Below are positions 17,257 through 27,391 of a stretch of 42,328 nt of DNA, one piece after another. The position numbers were made by a program, and so were the translations under genes. The DNA is from a virus (lineage: Duplodnaviria; Caudoviricetes): the IMG/VR virus record IMGVR_UViG_3300034066_000621, positions 1 to 42,328 of that record. One strand, 5' to 3'. The notes beneath the pieces were generated by a model that saw only the letters and a list, made by a program, of their open reading frames with translations, did not search any database and had not been told where the DNA came from. Every line of letters starts with the position of its first letter. Position 1 is the first letter of the stretch.

Positions 17257-18150
17257 TTACGAATCAAATCTAATAATAAAGTTTATTGGATAGTCTGGAG
17301 TTGATTTAATTGGTTGTGGTAATTTAGCTACTGCAACCATATTTAATTCATTATCATATAATCCAATTGTAGTAATATATGGTGCTAAAAACGAACCAGT
17401 AGGGTCTAAACTAACATAATCCTCATAATAATTAAATTCATCATTAATAATTTTAGTACCAGCATTATAAAAAGATTTACTTACTAAATCATCAGGTCTT
17501 ATTGAACCCGGTCTTTGTACTATATATGTATTTACAACACCATCAGTTTCATTTACCGCACTTGGATTTTGAGAAAAGTTAAATTCATTTTCTAATACTG
17601 AAATGAATATTTCATTCTCATATATTGTTTTGGTTGAACGAAAGTTTAAAGTAAATTGAGATAAAACAGAACCACTAACTATATCTTTAGCTACAACTAC
17701 CAAGCCTCTATCATAAAATATATTACCTTTTATTTGATTACCATATTTTAAATTAGAATATCCATCATCAGTATATGTTCTACCCAACTGCTCATCTTCC
17801 AATACAACAGTACCAGGCTTTATTCCCTCACCATAATATACTTGTGGGATAGAAAATACAGCTATATCATCTTCCAAAATTCTTTCATTGGTTGATGCAT
17901 ATGAAATTCTTCTACCAACTTCTGTCAATAATGATGCAGTTGCTGGATTATTATAAAATTGGCTTTTTATAGATGCGTACACTACTTTTTTATTGAATCC
18001 ATTACTTACTTCATCAACATCCAAGTCAATAAGTGTTCCAGATGGATTTTCAGCAAAAATAGGACTAATATCATTTTCATCTAAAGTCCATTCTTTATAA
18101 ACTTTAAGAGGTCTTACGATTACATCTGATTTTGGTATTTCTTTCAACAT
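17257..18150 (-). CDS. Virion structural protein (baseplate/fibre-attachment-like), related to 18221-19432
   Basis: G.IFYDRGLVV, EFNFSQNPS, PYITTIGLYD..LNMVAVAKLPQPIK C-terminus shared with the neighbour. Confidence 0.65.
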   Translation of the reverse strand: MLKEIPKSDVIVRPLKVYKEWTLDENDISPIFAENPSGTLIDLDVDEVSNGFNKKVVYASIKSQFYNNPATASLLTEVGRRISYASTNERILEDDIAVFSIPQVYYGEGIKPGTVVLEDEQLGRTYTDDGYSNLKYGNQIKGNIFYDRGLVVVAKDIVSGSVLSQFTLNFRSTKTIYENEIFISVLENEFNFSQNPSAVNETDGVVNTYIVQRPGSIRPDDLVSKSFYNAGTKIINDEFNYYEDYVSLDPTGSFLAPYITTIGLYDNELNMVAVAKLPQPIKSTPDYPINFIIRFDS

Positions 18151-18156
18151 ATCTTA

Positions 18157-18165
18157 TATAAATAT
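18157..18165 (-). promoter_or_regulatory. Putative phage promoter ATATTTATA
   Basis: Exact motif only 6 nt upstream of ATG 18150, just after a terminator. Confidence 0.6.
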
Positions 18166-18174
18166 TCGTTTAAC

Positions 18175-18200
18175 AAAAAACCCCCAATTAAGGGGGCTTT
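18175..18200 (-). terminator. Rho-independent terminator
   Basis: Minus strand AAAGCCCCC-TTAATT-GGGGG-TTTTTT: GC stem followed by a U-tract, about 20 nt after the stop at 18221. Confidence 0.8.
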
Positions 18201-18220
18201 CATATTATATTAATTTTTAA

Positions 18221-19432
18221 TTAGAATGATAATTTCACTTTAATTAAAACTTCTCTATCAAATGATTTAACAATTGGTTGTGAAGTCTTAGCTACTGCCA
18301 CACATTCGTTTGCATCATTCAACAAACCTATTGTTGTGATGAAAGTTTGAGGGTCAGTTTCGAATGTTGGTTCAGTAAAGAAACCATCTGCATCTAAATA
18401 TGTAGGATTGTTAGAGTAGTTAAACTCTCTATTTGTTGCTCTTACAAAGAAATGTTGCGTTGATACGTTTTCAGTTCTTCTAGCATCAAAATCCTTACCA
18501 GCTCTAATTGCATGATATAATCTTTTATGATTTTCCTGGTCAGCTGCTGTTGAGTATGATGGTAATAAAGTTCCAACAGTTTGGAAATTTTCATTAAACA
18601 CATTACCTACCACATTACCAACAGCTTTTGGATTTAAAACAATAATACCTCTATCAGGATAGAATAAACCATATCCTTCCCCAGAAGTTGGGTCAGTTGT
18701 ATTAGCTATCGTTGCCTCATTTTGAGTTCCTAAATTCAACGAACCAGAAACTACTTTAAATACATTACCACTCAATCCATAAGAATCACCGAATTTTTTA
18801 CCACTATTATCAATAAAAGTAAACAATCCATTAGAACCAGAAACTTTTAATGACCAGTTACCAGCATCCATAGATTCTCTATAACGAGCTCTAGCTACAT
18901 TAATAACATAAATATCATTTGAATCGGTTGCAGCTGCAACTGAATTATCAAATTTGAATTTAGCCAAAGTTGGGTCTAACAACATTGATTTATACTGAGC
19001 GTAAGTTGCTTTAGTTGGTAATAAACCATTAGGGTCTATATCTAAAGTAACAGAACCACTTCCATCAACATGTCCGTATGCTACTGCAAATTGAACTTCT
19101 TCAATATCAGTATCAATTGGGTCAGTTTGATATACGTTGTAATAATACTTACCACTTTGGTCAGTTTGTGATGATGCTGTAAAGAATGACATCAATGAAC
19201 CAGAATCACTACTCCATAATCCAGTAGTTACTACTTCTATTTTTGCATTTACTTTATCGAATTCACCAAATCTTTTATAAAGACCAGTACCAGTTACACC
19301 GGTTGATGCGATTTGTTGACCTGCAGGTAAAACTGAGTTTAATATTTGTACAATTTGATTTGAATCAATCGTACCAGTATTAGCCAATGCTCTTATCTGG
19401 TCGGTTATATTTGGGTCATTTATTAGTGCCAT
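18221..19432 (-). CDS. Virion structural protein (baseplate/fibre-attachment-like)
   Basis: GLFYPDRGIIV, EFNYSNNPT, FITTIGLLND.NECVAVAKTSQPIVK; structural-module context. Confidence 0.65.
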   Translation of the reverse strand: MALINDPNITDQIRALANTGTIDSNQIVQILNSVLPAGQQIASTGVTGTGLYKRFGEFDKVNAKIEVVTTGLWSSDSGSLMSFFTASSQTDQSGKYYYNVYQTDPIDTDIEEVQFAVAYGHVDGSGSVTLDIDPNGLLPTKATYAQYKSMLLDPTLAKFKFDNSVAAATDSNDIYVINVARARYRESMDAGNWSLKVSGSNGLFTFIDNSGKKFGDSYGLSGNVFKVVSGSLNLGTQNEATIANTTDPTSGEGYGLFYPDRGIIVLNPKAVGNVVGNVFNENFQTVGTLLPSYSTAADQENHKRLYHAIRAGKDFDARRTENVSTQHFFVRATNREFNYSNNPTYLDADGFFTEPTFETDPQTFITTIGLLNDANECVAVAKTSQPIVKSFDREVLIKVKLSF

Positions 19433-19452
19433 TTTATATTTCTATTTTATTT

Positions 19453-20079
19453 TTATACGGTTGCTTTGTATGTTACAATTACAGGAATAGTTTGAGAACC
19501 TCCAGTTTCATTTCCAAATACAGTTATTGTAGTAGATACATCAAGTGTTAAGTTTGGATTTGGAGTGAATCTAAATTCCAAACCAGTAACAACTTGTGCA
19601 GTTGTTGTAATTTCATCACCCAAGAATAATGTATTACCAGTACCACTTGCTCCTCTAGTCACAGTAATTGTACCGGCTCTTTGGTCTGCTAATACCATTG
19701 TGTATCCAGCATTTGTATTTCCAGCAGGAGATGTTGTTGGAGATAATCCCACACCACCTTCATATTGATTAACACTAACTTGAGGTACACCCAATCTTAC
19801 AGTTGGGATTTGTGTAGTTCCTTTTGGAAGGGTAACTAATTTATATCTCAATACTTGAGTTTCATCAGGAGATGCTTCCGTAATAGGAATAGCTCTAATT
19901 GCTGAATCGTAGTATGCAGAACCTTTTGGATGTGCTGGTTCGTAAAGCGTATAATCAATTTCATCATCACCCAAAGCGAACTTTGTAATGTTTAATGATT
20001 GACCGGATGCTAACTTTTGTCTACCTTTTTTGGTAAGAATTGCATCTACTGTGATTTCCGAGTTATCTAAATATGCCAT
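19453..20079 (-). CDS. 208-aa structural protein, copy A of a tandem duplicate
   Basis: ILTKKGRQKLA..LNITKFALGD resembles the N-terminus of tail-collar/fibre-attachment domains; about 75% identical to 20177-20803. Confidence 0.75.
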   Translation of the reverse strand: MAYLDNSEITVDAILTKKGRQKLASGQSLNITKFALGDDEIDYTLYEPAHPKGSAYYDSAIRAIPITEASPDETQVLRYKLVTLPKGTTQIPTVRLGVPQVSVNQYEGGVGLSPTTSPAGNTNAGYTMVLADQRAGTITVTRGASGTGNTLFLGDEITTTAQVVTGLEFRFTPNPNLTLDVSTTITVFGNETGGSQTIPVIVTYKATV

Positions 20080-20104
20080 TTGATATTGTTTTTTATCTAT
20101 ATTC

Positions 20105-20113
20105 TATAAATAT
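20105..20113 (-). promoter_or_regulatory. Putative phage promoter ATATTTATA
   Basis: Exact motif upstream of ATG 20079. Confidence 0.65.
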
Positions 20114-20176
20114 AACTAATTTTTATTTTTCAATTATTAATCAACTATAAACATATGTTGTATTATACTTTTTATA

Positions 20177-20803
20177 TTATACGGTTGGTTTGTATGTTAC
20201 AATTACAGGAATAGTTCGAGAACCTCCAGTTTCATTACCATAAACAGTAATTGTAGTAGCTACATCTATTAATAGGTTTGGATTTGGAACAAATCTAAAT
20301 TCTAAACCAGTAACAACTTGTGCAGTTGTTGTAATTGTATCATCTATTAATAATGTAGTTCCAGTACCATTTGCTGCCCTACTAACTATTAATGTACCAG
20401 CCCTTTGGTCTGCCAATAACATCGTATATCCTAAATTTTGATTTCCATTAGGACTAGTTGATGGTTCTAATAAAACACCACCTTCATTTTGAGTTACATT
20501 AACTGATGGTGTTCGCAATGTTACAATTGGGATTTGATTAGTTCCTTTTGGAAGGGTAACTAATTTATATCTTATTGCTTGAGTCTCATCAGCACATGCT
20601 TCAGTAATAGGAAGTGCTAAAATAGCTGAATTATAATAGTTTGGTCCTTTTTTATTTGCCGAATTATAAAGAGTGTAATCGATTTCATCATCACCTAAAC
20701 AAAACTTTGTAATATCCAATGATTGGCCAGATGCCAATTTTTGTCTACCTTTTTTGGTAATTATTGCTTCTACTATAATTTCCGAATTATCTAAATATGC
20801 CAT
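20177..20803 (-). CDS. 208-aa structural protein, copy B of a tandem duplicate
   Basis: Ungapped alignment to copy A, about 51 substitutions by my count. Confidence 0.75.
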   Translation of the reverse strand: MAYLDNSEIIVEAIITKKGRQKLASGQSLDITKFCLGDDEIDYTLYNSANKKGPNYYNSAILALPITEACADETQAIRYKLVTLPKGTNQIPIVTLRTPSVNVTQNEGGVLLEPSTSPNGNQNLGYTMLLADQRAGTLIVSRAANGTGTTLLIDDTITTTAQVVTGLEFRFVPNPNLLIDVATTITVYGNETGGSRTIPVIVTYKPTV

Positions 20804-20861
20804 TTAATATTCTTTTACACTTTATTTCTAAAATAAATACCACTATTTAATATTTTCAAAC

Positions 20862-23800
20862 TTAATCAACTTCAAGAATTGGTTCACCACTACCTCTACC
20901 AGTCTTAGCCACTCTAAGAATATTAGGATTGGTTGTAAATGTTTCTACTGCTGGTAATCCATCAGGAGTAGTTAATACTCCATCAACAACTCCCTGAATA
21001 GAACCATTCCAAAATGAACGTTTCAGCCCCTCTCCCAAATTATTTTTGTATATATAATGCGTTGGAAAGTAACCATTCAATGCCGTTACCTCTACAATAT
21101 CGTTTCCTATACTAACGCTACCACTAAATGGTAATGTGGATACTTTATATTTGTATTTAGTTACTGGGATTTTTTCATATTTAACTTGTCCATATGGTGT
21201 AGTTGGATATCCTTCTGTTTGTGTATTTATTTTTTGAATATATTCTTGTTTTACTAAAAATATACTTTTTCTACTACCAGTTGTTTGATAATTTCCAAAT
21301 AAAGGGTCATATCCTCTAACAATACCAGTACCTCTAACAGCATATAGACCATAACCAGCATTAGCAAGGGAATCTCTATCCATACCAATTTCAGTAAATG
21401 TAAATGAATCAGCCTCACCAGAAAGACTTGCTCCAGTTGGACATTGTATTTCCAAATCGTAAAATGGTGCACTACCTTCTAATAAAACTCCATCATTTGC
21501 ATCAATATTACTATTGTAAGATGGATTTGTTGCTTCTAATTGTATAACATCATTTGCATCTACTATACCCATATTATTACTAACATCGCCAGATATATTT
21601 GTTACCTCCGATGCATCTAATATAGCATCTTTTGGTATAGATTCTGCATCTAATAGTACATCTTTATTTGTATCAATGAATGTTTCAAAATCATTTCTTA
21701 ATGATTGTGGTTTATCCCAACGAGTTTTATTTCTTTCTAAGTAGTGTGGTTCAATTAACAATCCTTTAGATATGTTTGTTCTAACAGGAGCTAAATCAGA
21801 AAGTACTTCGAATAATGATTTATCTATATACTTTATCAATCTTATATATTCGTAGATATCTCTATTATCTAATCTTTCAAAATAATAATGTCTTAATGTA
21901 TCTAATTGCGTATAGTTACTTTTATATTCATCACCAAAATCGCCAATATAATTATCAATATTAAAATCTCCAAATGCTTTTAAGATATCCATATTCAACT
22001 CCTTAATTGGAGAGAAGAATAATCCCAAACGATTTGTATCTATTGGAGCTCTATCAAATGATTTTTGAGTTGCTCTAGTTTTGTAAGAAAGGTCACCTAT
22101 TAATGTTTGTTCTTCAAAACGAATTTTATTAGAAACATTAAATCCTAAAGATGGAACGTTTGCTGTTACAGTTCTATCATATGGAATATATTGGTATGGA
22201 TATGTTGGTGCTGAATAAAAATTACTAGCAGTTGCAAATCCAATATTACCAACATACGATGTATCTATTGAAACGTTTTTAATGTATGGGTCTAATACTC
22301 TATCTTTAGGATATTCAAAATCCAAACGGAATACTAAATCTTTTGTTGATGAATCAAAATCGTTACCATTGATTGCATCTGGGAATAATGTATGGTTTTC
22401 AAATTTACTTCTTTGTAATGGAACAGTCCATAATCTAAACTCATCCAAATTACCAGAATATCCACTACCACCAACTTCAATATGATTACCACTTTCCCAT
22501 TGGGTATCATCCGTTAATATAGACATACTCACAAATGTAGTTTGTCTAGTACCATTTGAAGTACCTAACCAAACTTCATATAAAGATGTTCCACCAGGAT
22601 AATTATATCTATTAATTGCTACGTTTGAATAATTTTCAAGTGATAATGGAAACCCTAAACTTCCGGTAGTTAAATCAACACCATAAACATATGGAGAATA
22701 ACTAGCCGTATCAAAGTAATATGTTGAAACAGATGCACTTATAAATGGTTCATCTACATAACTACTTAATGATACATCTCCGCCAAAATTTAATTCTAAT
22801 TTTGCAAAAGAACCAGTAGTTTGTAATAAATCTAAATTCCATTGGCTTGCTGATATTAATCTTTGTGGCGTTGATGTAATAGATGCTGGTAATATTCTAA
22901 ACTCAATACAATTAGGATAATCTCCAGTTTTTGTTTGTTTCCAAGGAACTTTTACCGATGAGTTATCATCTAATACTATCGCTGCGGTTCTATCATCAAA
23001 TGTAAATTTAGTAACACCACCTCTAGTTGGATCTTGAGGTCCACCAAATTCCATTATGGTCAACATAGATTGAGGTACACCATAACAAGCCATTACAGCT
23101 TTAAGTGCTCTAGAAGTACCCTTATGTTTTAGTAGGTATGGTAAATTATTTAGGATTCTTCTCCATACTTCATAGTTTGCATCTTGCAAACTTCTTCCGT
23201 ATTTCGGTGAACCATCTTGAGTTGTACCAAACATATATTCCCAAAGTAATTGAGAGTTAAATGCTCTTTTTTCAGTCCAACCCATTGAGTTTAACATAGA
23301 ACTAACTAACTCATCTGGTATTCCAAGCTCCTCTTTATGTTCTACTTTTTTTGCTTTTTTTATTCCATTTATATAAACCCATAGAATATCAAAATGCTGT
23401 CCAATCATATCTAAGAATAAAATAAAATCGGCGTTATCATAATCTTCAGTTATATAAGCTGGAAGATTATTACGCATTGCATATGAATTGTATTTATCAA
23501 ATTGTTCCGAATCATTTAAAGCGGTATCGTACCAACTAGAAACTAATGGATTTGTTATAGGTCTTAATACTCTGTATGTTATAAGTGTTGTTGAATTAAA
23601 ATAATCTTCTTTTGGATATGCTAATCCATTTTCAGATTTAAATAAAAATTTCTCAAATCCATCAAATGTTTTTATTAAATTACTTATTTTTTCAGCAATT
23701 CCATTTGCTTCAATTAATGCATATGGTGCTGGAATTACCTGTGGTACTTCAAATTGTAATTGTAAGATTGGGTCTATTTGCTCACCAATTAATATTTCAT

Positions 23801-26117
23801 TACCTTCAATTTCAGGAGTACCATCGCCGCCGTTATCTTCTGTCAATAAATAACCAATTGGAAATGTTGTTTGTGTTAAACTCAAATACTTTGATTGGTA
23901 CTCTTGTAAAATATTTATTTTATAATAAAAGTTTTTTAATCGTTCAGCTGCAGAACCAAAGTGTACAAATTGGTCAAATGTATATGAAGACCCACTTGCA
24001 TATTGAATATTTAATTTTTCCGTATCAATATTATTCTGAGATGATATCTTATTTAGAATATCATTTGATGTAGTAGAACCACTTGCTATTAAATCATCAA
24101 ATATTTTAAAAGCAGTTCCGTTATCAGGCTCTAATAAAAAATTAGGTCCTTTTAGTGGTGCACAATAGCTTGTATCAACTCCACTAATTGTTATTGTTTC
24201 AACTATTGGGTCAGCTTGTAATTTAGAAATCCAAACTTGCTGATTTGGTTGTATATTTGTTTCTAATGGTTCGTATAATTTTAATATAAGTGAATCATCA
24301 TCACCTGTCCAAGTTGTAATTACTTTATTATCACCATCACCAATATGCAATAAGTGAGTTAAGTATTTTGAGGTTTCATCTGCAAAAATAGTTTTATCAA
24401 ATTGTGCAATAAATCCTTCCGCAATTCTACTAATAGCAACCTCTCTAGGAATAGTTAAATCACCCTTATCAAATTGAATTGTGATTATTTCTTTTTTACC
24501 AATTACAGTTTGTCTTCCACTTACATTATATGGAACTAATATTAATTGTAAATTTATTATATCTTGGTCTTCGGAAACATTAGTACCAGCATTGATTAAT
24601 AATTGCTTAAAATTAAATTTATGAGTACCATTTTTTGGTAATTGTGCAAAATTAGAATTACTACTACCAGCATAAATTTTAACATAATCGGTATCTACAG
24701 AATCATATGATATATTAAAATCAACATCAGTACCAACATAATCAGGTCCTCTTAATATAGATGGATATTGTATATTTCTAATATCAGGAAAACCAACCCA
24801 TATATCATCTACAGCTACTAATGATGTTTCTATAAAATCACCATCACCAGCCGAATTACGTGGTACTAATTTTATAGAATATTTTCCAATTACATCAAAT
24901 GTTTTAGATGGTATTATAATAATAGCACTTTGTCCACTAACATCAAATTGATATGTTTTATCTTTTACATATGCCGTTATTTTACTAACACCTCCAACTA
25001 AATTTACTCCAATTGGTACTGCTGCATCTGAATTAATATTGTATTGTGTAAAATCTTCCGATACTAATTGTGCCGGATTTGCGAATGATATTACAGGTAA
25101 AGTAGCTTGTGTTATTGAAAAGTTTTCACTAGTAATACTAATGTTTAAATTTCTATCTGCTCTTATTTCAGTAGATATACTTTCTAAACCAGAAGTTGCT
25201 TCTATTGTTTCTGTTACCAATCCCTCACCACTAACTACTATTTTAGTAATTCTGTATAAGTTTATATCCGATGTTTGTATTGAATAAAATAAATCAGATG
25301 AAGGAAAATCTTCAAATTCGGTATTACCGCTTGTTAAATTAAATTCTTCATTTGATATATCATCTCCATTTTTTACAATTAAAACAGAATTATTTGGCCC
25401 ATCAACTGCAATATTTAATTTAATTTTTGTAGGAAGTGGGTCTGTTGGGTTTCTTACTACGTCATTTTGAGCTAATGTAAAATCAATAGATTTGTCTTGA
25501 GCATCTACATCATAACTATAATCATTTTGAAGTACATCTCCTACAAACTTTCTTATTCTAAATGTATATGCCGGTGTTGTTGAATAAACACTTTTATAAG
25601 TTTCAGGATCGTATCTATATAAATTATTAGTATCGCTTGTATAATTTGGAAGACCCCTAGTACTATAAGCTACTAAACTATCATATGGATTTATATCTAA
25701 GGCTACATAGGGTACATAATATTTTGGATTTTCTACAACATCTACTATAAATTTTTCATTTGAAGAATATCCTTCTTTTTTTACAGTAATAGTTTTAGAA
25801 CCATTAATCAACAAATCACTTAACGATACGGAAAGTCCGTAGCTTGTAGTTTGGTATATTGATGTATCATTTACATAAATGCTAGCATCAGTATTCGATT
25901 TAATATAAAGTACATTTTTGTTATCAGTATTAGCTACATTTGGAGTATCTACGATTGGTATGAACCCTGCACTACTTCCACCACCACCGCCATATGAAAT
26001 TCCAGCGCCAGAGCCACCACCTATACCAATACCCAATTCATTATCGAGATTGTTTAGTTGTTGTGCTTCTCCTACACCAAACCCATTATCAAAAGCGTTT
26101 TCGTCTACTGCTCTCAT
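20862..26117 (-). CDS. Large baseplate wedge-like structural protein (T4 gp7/P2 gpI-like core) with accessory beta domains
   Basis: FLDMIGQHFD..., RRILNNLPYLLKHKGTSRALK (KGT wedge motif), LamG-like YSGNLDEFRLW, PEGA-like N-terminal IKSN..ASIYVND..ITVKKEGY. Confidence 0.65.
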   Translation of the reverse strand: MRAVDENAFDNGFGVGEAQQLNNLDNELGIGIGGGSGAGISYGGGGGSSAGFIPIVDTPNVANTDNKNVLYIKSNTDASIYVNDTSIYQTTSYGLSVSLSDLLINGSKTITVKKEGYSSNEKFIVDVVENPKYYVPYVALDINPYDSLVAYSTRGLPNYTSDTNNLYRYDPETYKSVYSTTPAYTFRIRKFVGDVLQNDYSYDVDAQDKSIDFTLAQNDVVRNPTDPLPTKIKLNIAVDGPNNSVLIVKNGDDISNEEFNLTSGNTEFEDFPSSDLFYSIQTSDINLYRITKIVVSGEGLVTETIEATSGLESISTEIRADRNLNISITSENFSITQATLPVISFANPAQLVSEDFTQYNINSDAAVPIGVNLVGGVSKITAYVKDKTYQFDVSGQSAIIIIPSKTFDVIGKYSIKLVPRNSAGDGDFIETSLVAVDDIWVGFPDIRNIQYPSILRGPDYVGTDVDFNISYDSVDTDYVKIYAGSSNSNFAQLPKNGTHKFNFKQLLINAGTNVSEDQDIINLQLILVPYNVSGRQTVIGKKEIITIQFDKGDLTIPREVAISRIAEGFIAQFDKTIFADETSKYLTHLLHIGDGDNKVITTWTGDDDSLILKLYEPLETNIQPNQQVWISKLQADPIVETITISGVDTSYCAPLKGPNFLLEPDNGTAFKIFDDLIASGSTTSNDILNKISSQNNIDTEKLNIQYASGSSYTFDQFVHFGSAAERLKNFYYKINILQEYQSKYLSLTQTTFPIGYLLTEDNGGDGTPEIEGNEILIGEQIDPILQLQFEVPQVIPAPYALIEANGIAEKISNLIKTFDGFEKFLFKSENGLAYPKEDYFNSTTLITYRVLRPITNPLVSSWYDTALNDSEQFDKYNSYAMRNNLPAYITEDYDNADFILFLDMIGQHFDILWVYINGIKKAKKVEHKEELGIPDELVSSMLNSMGWTEKRAFNSQLLWEYMFGTTQDGSPKYGRSLQDANYEVWRRILNNLPYLLKHKGTSRALKAVMACYGVPQSMLTIMEFGGPQDPTRGGVTKFTFDDRTAAIVLDDNSSVKVPWKQTKTGDYPNCIEFRILPASITSTPQRLISASQWNLDLLQTTGSFAKLELNFGGDVSLSSYVDEPFISASVSTYYFDTASYSPYVYGVDLTTGSLGFPLSLENYSNVAINRYNYPGGTSLYEVWLGTSNGTRQTTFVSMSILTDDTQWESGNHIEVGGSGYSGNLDEFRLWTVPLQRSKFENHTLFPDAINGNDFDSSTKDLVFRLDFEYPKDRVLDPYIKNVSIDTSYVGNIGFATASNFYSAPTYPYQYIPYDRTVTANVPSLGFNVSNKIRFEEQTLIGDLSYKTRATQKSFDRAPIDTNRLGLFFSPIKELNMDILKAFGDFNIDNYIGDFGDEYKSNYTQLDTLRHYYFERLDNRDIYEYIRLIKYIDKSLFEVLSDLAPVRTNISKGLLIEPHYLERNKTRWDKPQSLRNDFETFIDTNKDVLLDAESIPKDAILDASEVTNISGDVSNNMGIVDANDVIQLEATNPSYNSNIDANDGVLLEGSAPFYDLEIQCPTGASLSGEADSFTFTEIGMDRDSLANAGYGLYAVRGTGIVRGYDPLFGNYQTTGSRKSIFLVKQEYIQKINTQTEGYPTTPYGQVKYEKIPVTKYKYKVSTLPFSGSVSIGNDIVEVTALNGYFPTHYIYKNNLGEGLKRSFWNGSIQGVVDGVLTTPDGLPAVETFTTNPNILRVAKTGRGSGEPILEVD

Positions 26118-26131
26118 TTTTTAAATTTATA

Positions 26132-27391
26132 TTATGTATATTCTATTCGTTCTCTACCCATACCACCATCTGCCAAATTCTGTCTATCCAATGTATCGTA
26201 TTCTCGGTAGATACTGCCTCCTCCTCCGCCGCCTCCTCCACTTGATGGTGGTGTTGGTGGTTCATATGGTGGTTCATCAACAGGCGTTACTATTATTGGT
26301 TCAGGTTCTACCGGTAAAACTTTTATTTTTTCAGGTGGTGGGGGTGTGGGAATTTGTTTTTTAATTTCTTCCTCCAACTTTAATTCCTTACTTGTTAATA
26401 TTGGTTTTATTAATTCTGCTTTTTGAAGTATAGGACTTGTTGTATCTATTGTATTATTTGAATCAATTCTTTGTAATACTTTACCAACAATATCAATACT
26501 ATCATCTAATCCAGCATCATAAGTAGCTTCCTTTTTAACATCCGGTTTTGATAGATAAAAATCAATACATTGAATTAATATATTCTTACAAATACTTTCT
26601 ATTTGATTTACTGATAATTCTATTACTGGTCTTTCCGTTTTAGGTTTACCATATTTAATATTTTTAATATCTGATATTCTATTTGTGAATTCGTAAAATG
26701 ATGCTTCAACAAATTTTTCAAATACTTGAGTTGAAAATATATCCAAACTAGATATCTTAAATTCCGTATTCATTTTTTCCAACCATTTAGTCGAATATTT
26801 TGATTTTAAAAAATTATCAATTACACTTGGGTTTACTTTCTCAATAAAATTAAATGCTAAATTTATAGTATCATCTCTAAATTCACCATTATTTATAAAT
26901 AAATCAAATCTTTTCTTAAGTTCCGCATTTAACTCCAAACCTCTCTTTAAAGGTAATAATCTTACCTCTGTGCGTGATGGTGATATTTCAGCTATCCATA
27001 AACTATCCGATGGGAGCTCACTACCAACTCTTTTGTTAAGTAATGTTATTTGTGTTTTAAATATACCATTATCATATCCAGCTTCTCTTAAAAGTCTTTC
27101 AACATCTATAAAATATTCAGATGGGAATTGATATTTTTTAAGTACAGTTCCTTCAGCTATTAAAAAATAATCTTTAATATTTGCAGTTGTTAATGGAATG
27201 TATCTTACCAACTCATCGTTTATTTGAGGTAATTGATTATCGTTTAAATCATATACAATAAACTCAATAGCATCTTTTTCGCCAAATCCAAAGAAGGACT
27301 CAAGGTTACCTTCTTCAAATATTTTTCTATCGTTTGAAGATATTCTATATCCCTGATTATTTAATATTTCCTTAAATGTTTTTATTGCCAT
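26132..27391 (-). CDS. Hypothetical structural-module protein with a Pro/Gly-rich C-terminal tail
   Basis: IAEISPSRTEVRL motif; PPPP/GGGGGGGG low-complexity end; context. Confidence 0.7.
   Translation of the reverse strand: MAIKTFKEILNNQGYRISSNDRKIFEEGNLESFFGFGEKDAIEFIVYDLNDNQLPQINDELVRYIPLTTANIKDYFLIAEGTVLKKYQFPSEYFIDVERLLREAGYDNGIFKTQITLLNKRVGSELPSDSLWIAEISPSRTEVRLLPLKRGLELNAELKKRFDLFINNGEFRDDTINLAFNFIEKVNPSVIDNFLKSKYSTKWLEKMNTEFKISSLDIFSTQVFEKFVEASFYEFTNRISDIKNIKYGKPKTERPVIELSVNQIESICKNILIQCIDFYLSKPDVKKEATYDAGLDDSIDIVGKVLQRIDSNNTIDTTSPILQKAELIKPILTSKELKLEEEIKKQIPTPPPPEKIKVLPVEPEPIIVTPVDEPPYEPPTPPSSGGGGGGGGSIYREYDTLDRQNLADGGMGRERIEYT

Noticed and set aside
19453-20803. Duplicate as a diversity-generating retroelement TR/VR pair
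   Set aside because: Both copies are full genes, differences are spread across the whole length with no evident adenine restriction, and no reverse transcriptase is present.
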